Below are positions 60,987 through 64,000 of a DNA stretch of 64,000 nucleotides, in pieces. The notes under the pieces were generated by a model, which searched no databases, was not told where the DNA came from, and saw only the letters and a program-made list of their open reading frames with translations. Position 1 is the stretch's first letter, and each line of letters starts with the position of its first letter. The translations under genes and the position numbers were made by a program. This DNA is from Ranitomeya imitator (lineage: Eukaryota), in NCBI RefSeq assembly GCF_032444005.1, contig NC_091291.1, forward strand, positions 120,652,001-120,716,000, written 5' to 3'.

Positions 60987-63900
60987 AAACAGGATTTTTG
61001 GTTGCTTACCGTAAAATCTGTTTCTCGGAGCCTTCATTGGGGGACACAGGAACCATGGGTGTATGCTGCTGCCACTAGGAGGCTGACACTATGCAAATAA
61101 AAAAGTTAGCTCCTCCTCTGCAGTGTACACCCCACCGACAGGAAGTAGGATCTTCAGTTAGTGAGAAAGCAGTAGGAGAAGCAACGTGTAAAAGAGAAGG
61201 ATAATATAATAATAATAAACCTTATATAGCGCCAACAAAATCCATGGCGCTTCACAGATTAACAGCTTCAAACACTCAGAGTGTTCAAAGAACTCAAACG
61301 TAGACAGTAAACAGAGCTGTTCAACTTGGGAGGGTGCTGTGTCCCCCAATGAAGGCTCCGAGAAACAGATTTTACGGTAAGCAACCAAAAATCCTGTTTT
61401 CTCTATCGCCTTTCATTGGGGGACACAGGAACCATGGGACGTCCCAAAGCAGTCCCTGGGGTGGGAAAAAACAGACTTCCATCAGGCCAGAGGACTCACC
61501 ACTGCCGCCTGCAGGATCCTTCTGCCCAGGCTGGAGTCCGCCGTAGTTCGGCAAAACCTGTGGATGGAAGACCAGGTTGCCGCTTTGCAAAGCCGTCGGC
61601 GAAAGCCCTGTGACGTACCGCACTGGAAGCGCCGACTGCCCGGGTAGAGTGAGCCTTCATCTCAGGAGGGGGCCCTCTGTGCTTGACCCGGTAAGCTTCC
61701 AAAATTGCCATTCTGATCGAGTGAGCAATCGTCGCCTTGGAAGCCGGCAGGCCTCTACGCACGCCATCAGGGATGGCGAAAAGAGAATCCATCTTTTGGA
61801 AAGCGGCCGTGCTAGCCAGGGAGATCCTCACTGCCCTGACGAGGTCCAGCCTGTTCAACGATCGCTCCAGAGGATGAGTCGGAGCTGGACAAAAGGAAGG
61901 TAGAACGAAGTCCTCGTTGAGGTGGAAAGATGAAAACCACCTCGAGAAAGGAGGAAGGCGGAGGCCTGGGACCACCTTATCCTGGTGGAAAAATCAAGAA
62001 AGGAGGACGGCAGGAAATGGCCGTCAACTCAAAAACGCGGCGGATCGAAGAGATGGACCTGAGAAAAGCCACCTTCCGAGATAGAACTGACAGGGAAAAC
62101 TCCCTGAGAGGCTCAAAGGGGGGAACCCCTAAGAACAACCAACACAACCTTTAAATCCCATGAATCCACAGAGGCCCTGAACGGAGGGACAGCGTGGACT
62201 ACTCCTTGAAGGAAAGTCTTAACCTGTGGCTGAGGAGATAAAGTCTTCTTAAAGGGAAGAAGAGCGGAGGAACCTGGCCCTTTTGAGAACTGAGAGCGAA
62301 GCCCGAATCCAGTCCTGCCTGAAGGAAAACCAAATGGAAGGCAGGGAAAAGGGACATAGGTGAAAAGCGGTTGGACTCGCATCAGCGAAAGTAAGCCTTC
62401 CAGGTACAATAGTAGATCCTGGAAGAAGACGAAGGCTTCCTAGCCTGGATTATAGTGTGACTCATCCGGGCCGAAAGGCCGGACACTCTTAAAAACAGTG
62501 GAGTCCACATCCACGCCGTTAAACTGAGCGACCGATAATTCGGGTGGCAGATCGGACCCTGAGACAGCAGATCGGGTCTGTTTGGAAGGCACCAGGGGTG
62601 TCCGCGAGAAGATAGACGATGTCTGCAAACCAAGACCTCCAGGGTCAATCCGGGACGATCAGAATGACCGGCACCCATCCCGCCTTGATCTTTTTCGACA
62701 GCTTGGAAAGCAATGGAAGGGGTGGGAACCGATAGGGGAGCAGGAACTGCGACCAAGGAATGGCCAAAATGTCAACACCACTGTGAGGGGATCACGGGAC
62801 CCTGGGCCGACCCGAGGGACCTCCTGTTCAATCGGGACGCCATGAGGTCCACCTCTGGAGTCCCCCATCGAAGAGCAATCCGACGGGAAACCTCCTGAAG
62901 TACCATTCCCCTGCCGCGAGGCCCTCGAAGCCGAGGAAGTCGGCGGCCTAAATGTCCATGCCGGGGACATGCACTGCGGAGCTCACCAGGACCGTTGCCT
63001 CTGTCCAAAGGAGGATCCTGGAATCTCGGCCGAGGCCAGAGAACGCCGAGTCCACCCCTGGTGGTAGACGTATGCCACTGCTGTGTCATTGTCTGTCTGG
63101 GTTCGAATTGGCAGGCTGCTGAGAATCCTTACCCAGTGAAGGCAAGACGGAAAGATGATCCGGAACTCGAGAACATTGATCGGCAAAGAGGACTCCTGCG
63201 CCGACCAACAACCCTGAAATAACAGGAGACAAAGCCCCGCGCCTCCGCCGAGCGGGCTGGCGCCCGTCGTCACCACCTGCCAGGGAACTGGAAGGAAGGA
63301 TATGCTGAGAAGGATCTACTCTGGGATAAGAGAAGTGACCTCGGCCACCAGTCGAGGAACCATTTGACCCGGGAGAAAACCGGATCGGACGATGCAGGGA
63401 GAAGACAGACCTGTCCCCTGTGATAGAATAGCCTGCTGAAGAAGTCTTGAATGAAACGGGCGAAGGGAAAATTGCTTCCGATGTTGCAACCAACCTCCTT
63501 AGGGCCTTTAAGGCCCATCGGAAAGGAGGGGAGCCGAGAACCCTGGAGCAAGTGAACTTCCTGACAAAGGAGGGATATCTTGTCTTCGGGAAGGAAGACT
63601 CTGGTCCGACAAGTGTTGAAGAACATGCCCGGAGATACGAGGCGCTGAACAAGACGGAACTTCTTCCTGTTGACGAGCCACCCGCAACAGTTAGAATGTC
63701 GGGAAAGATGGATAGACTTTCGGGAGCCTGAAACCGAAATTCCTGAGCCTCCATGGAAGCGATTACTGAACGAGGGGATATCGTCCTGAAGTGTCTCCGA
63801 CGAAACTTCTTGTTCAGCAAATTGAGATCTTGACTGGGACGACCCTTGTCGTTCTCTGTCAGTACAAAAAGATTCGAAGAGAAGCCTGTGAACCGTTCCT

Positions 63901-64000
63901 GTTCTGGGACGGGAACGATTACTCCGGATTTAAGGAGGGAAACAATGGCAGTAAAGAAAAACCGGGACTAGAGCGGGGTCTCTCGTAGGTTGGGATTTGA
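60987..64000 (-). mobile_element. Second DIRS1-type element (3' part; runs off the window), heavily frameshifted
   Basis: Terminus nearly identical to 28321-28430; ICR 61341-61438; YR (MKAHSTRAVGAS) ~61500-62400, methyltransferase-like VDLMASR ~62850, RNase H (INVLE, QTDNDTAVAY) ~63000-63280, RT fragments to the end. Confidence 0.9.

Overview
Repeat-rich vertebrate genomic window, probably from a frog (inferred from the transposon families). It holds one complete host gene, ILVBL/HACL2 (minus strand, 15 coding exons, 50691->22037, 626 aa; all junctions GT-AG and in phase). It also holds three spliced minus-strand exons (60939->59192) of a gene encoding a stand-alone P2X7-'ballast'/KolX-like Cys-rich domain; its 5' part lies outside the window. 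Most of the rest is transposable elements: a 5'-truncated L2, two Tf1/sushi-type Gypsy elements (one full-length but frameshifted, with a chromodomain), two decayed DIRS1-type elements plus a terminal remnant, a Ngaro-like tyrosine-recombinase retrotransposon with an SGNH hydrolase ORF, Tc1 and DD41D elements, a V-SINE, an L1 remnant and many TTAA-, TWA- and TA-target MITEs. Best leads: (1) phase-matched splice sites predicting an ORF1-SGNH esterase fusion in the Ngaro-like element, and possibly an in-frame ILVBL-esterase chimera; (2) the stand-alone ballast-domain gene; (3) covarying self-priming signals in two Gypsy families; (4) DIRS termini placing splice donors 70-82 nt from host acceptors. 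All were read by eye; no searches were run, so novelty is unverified.
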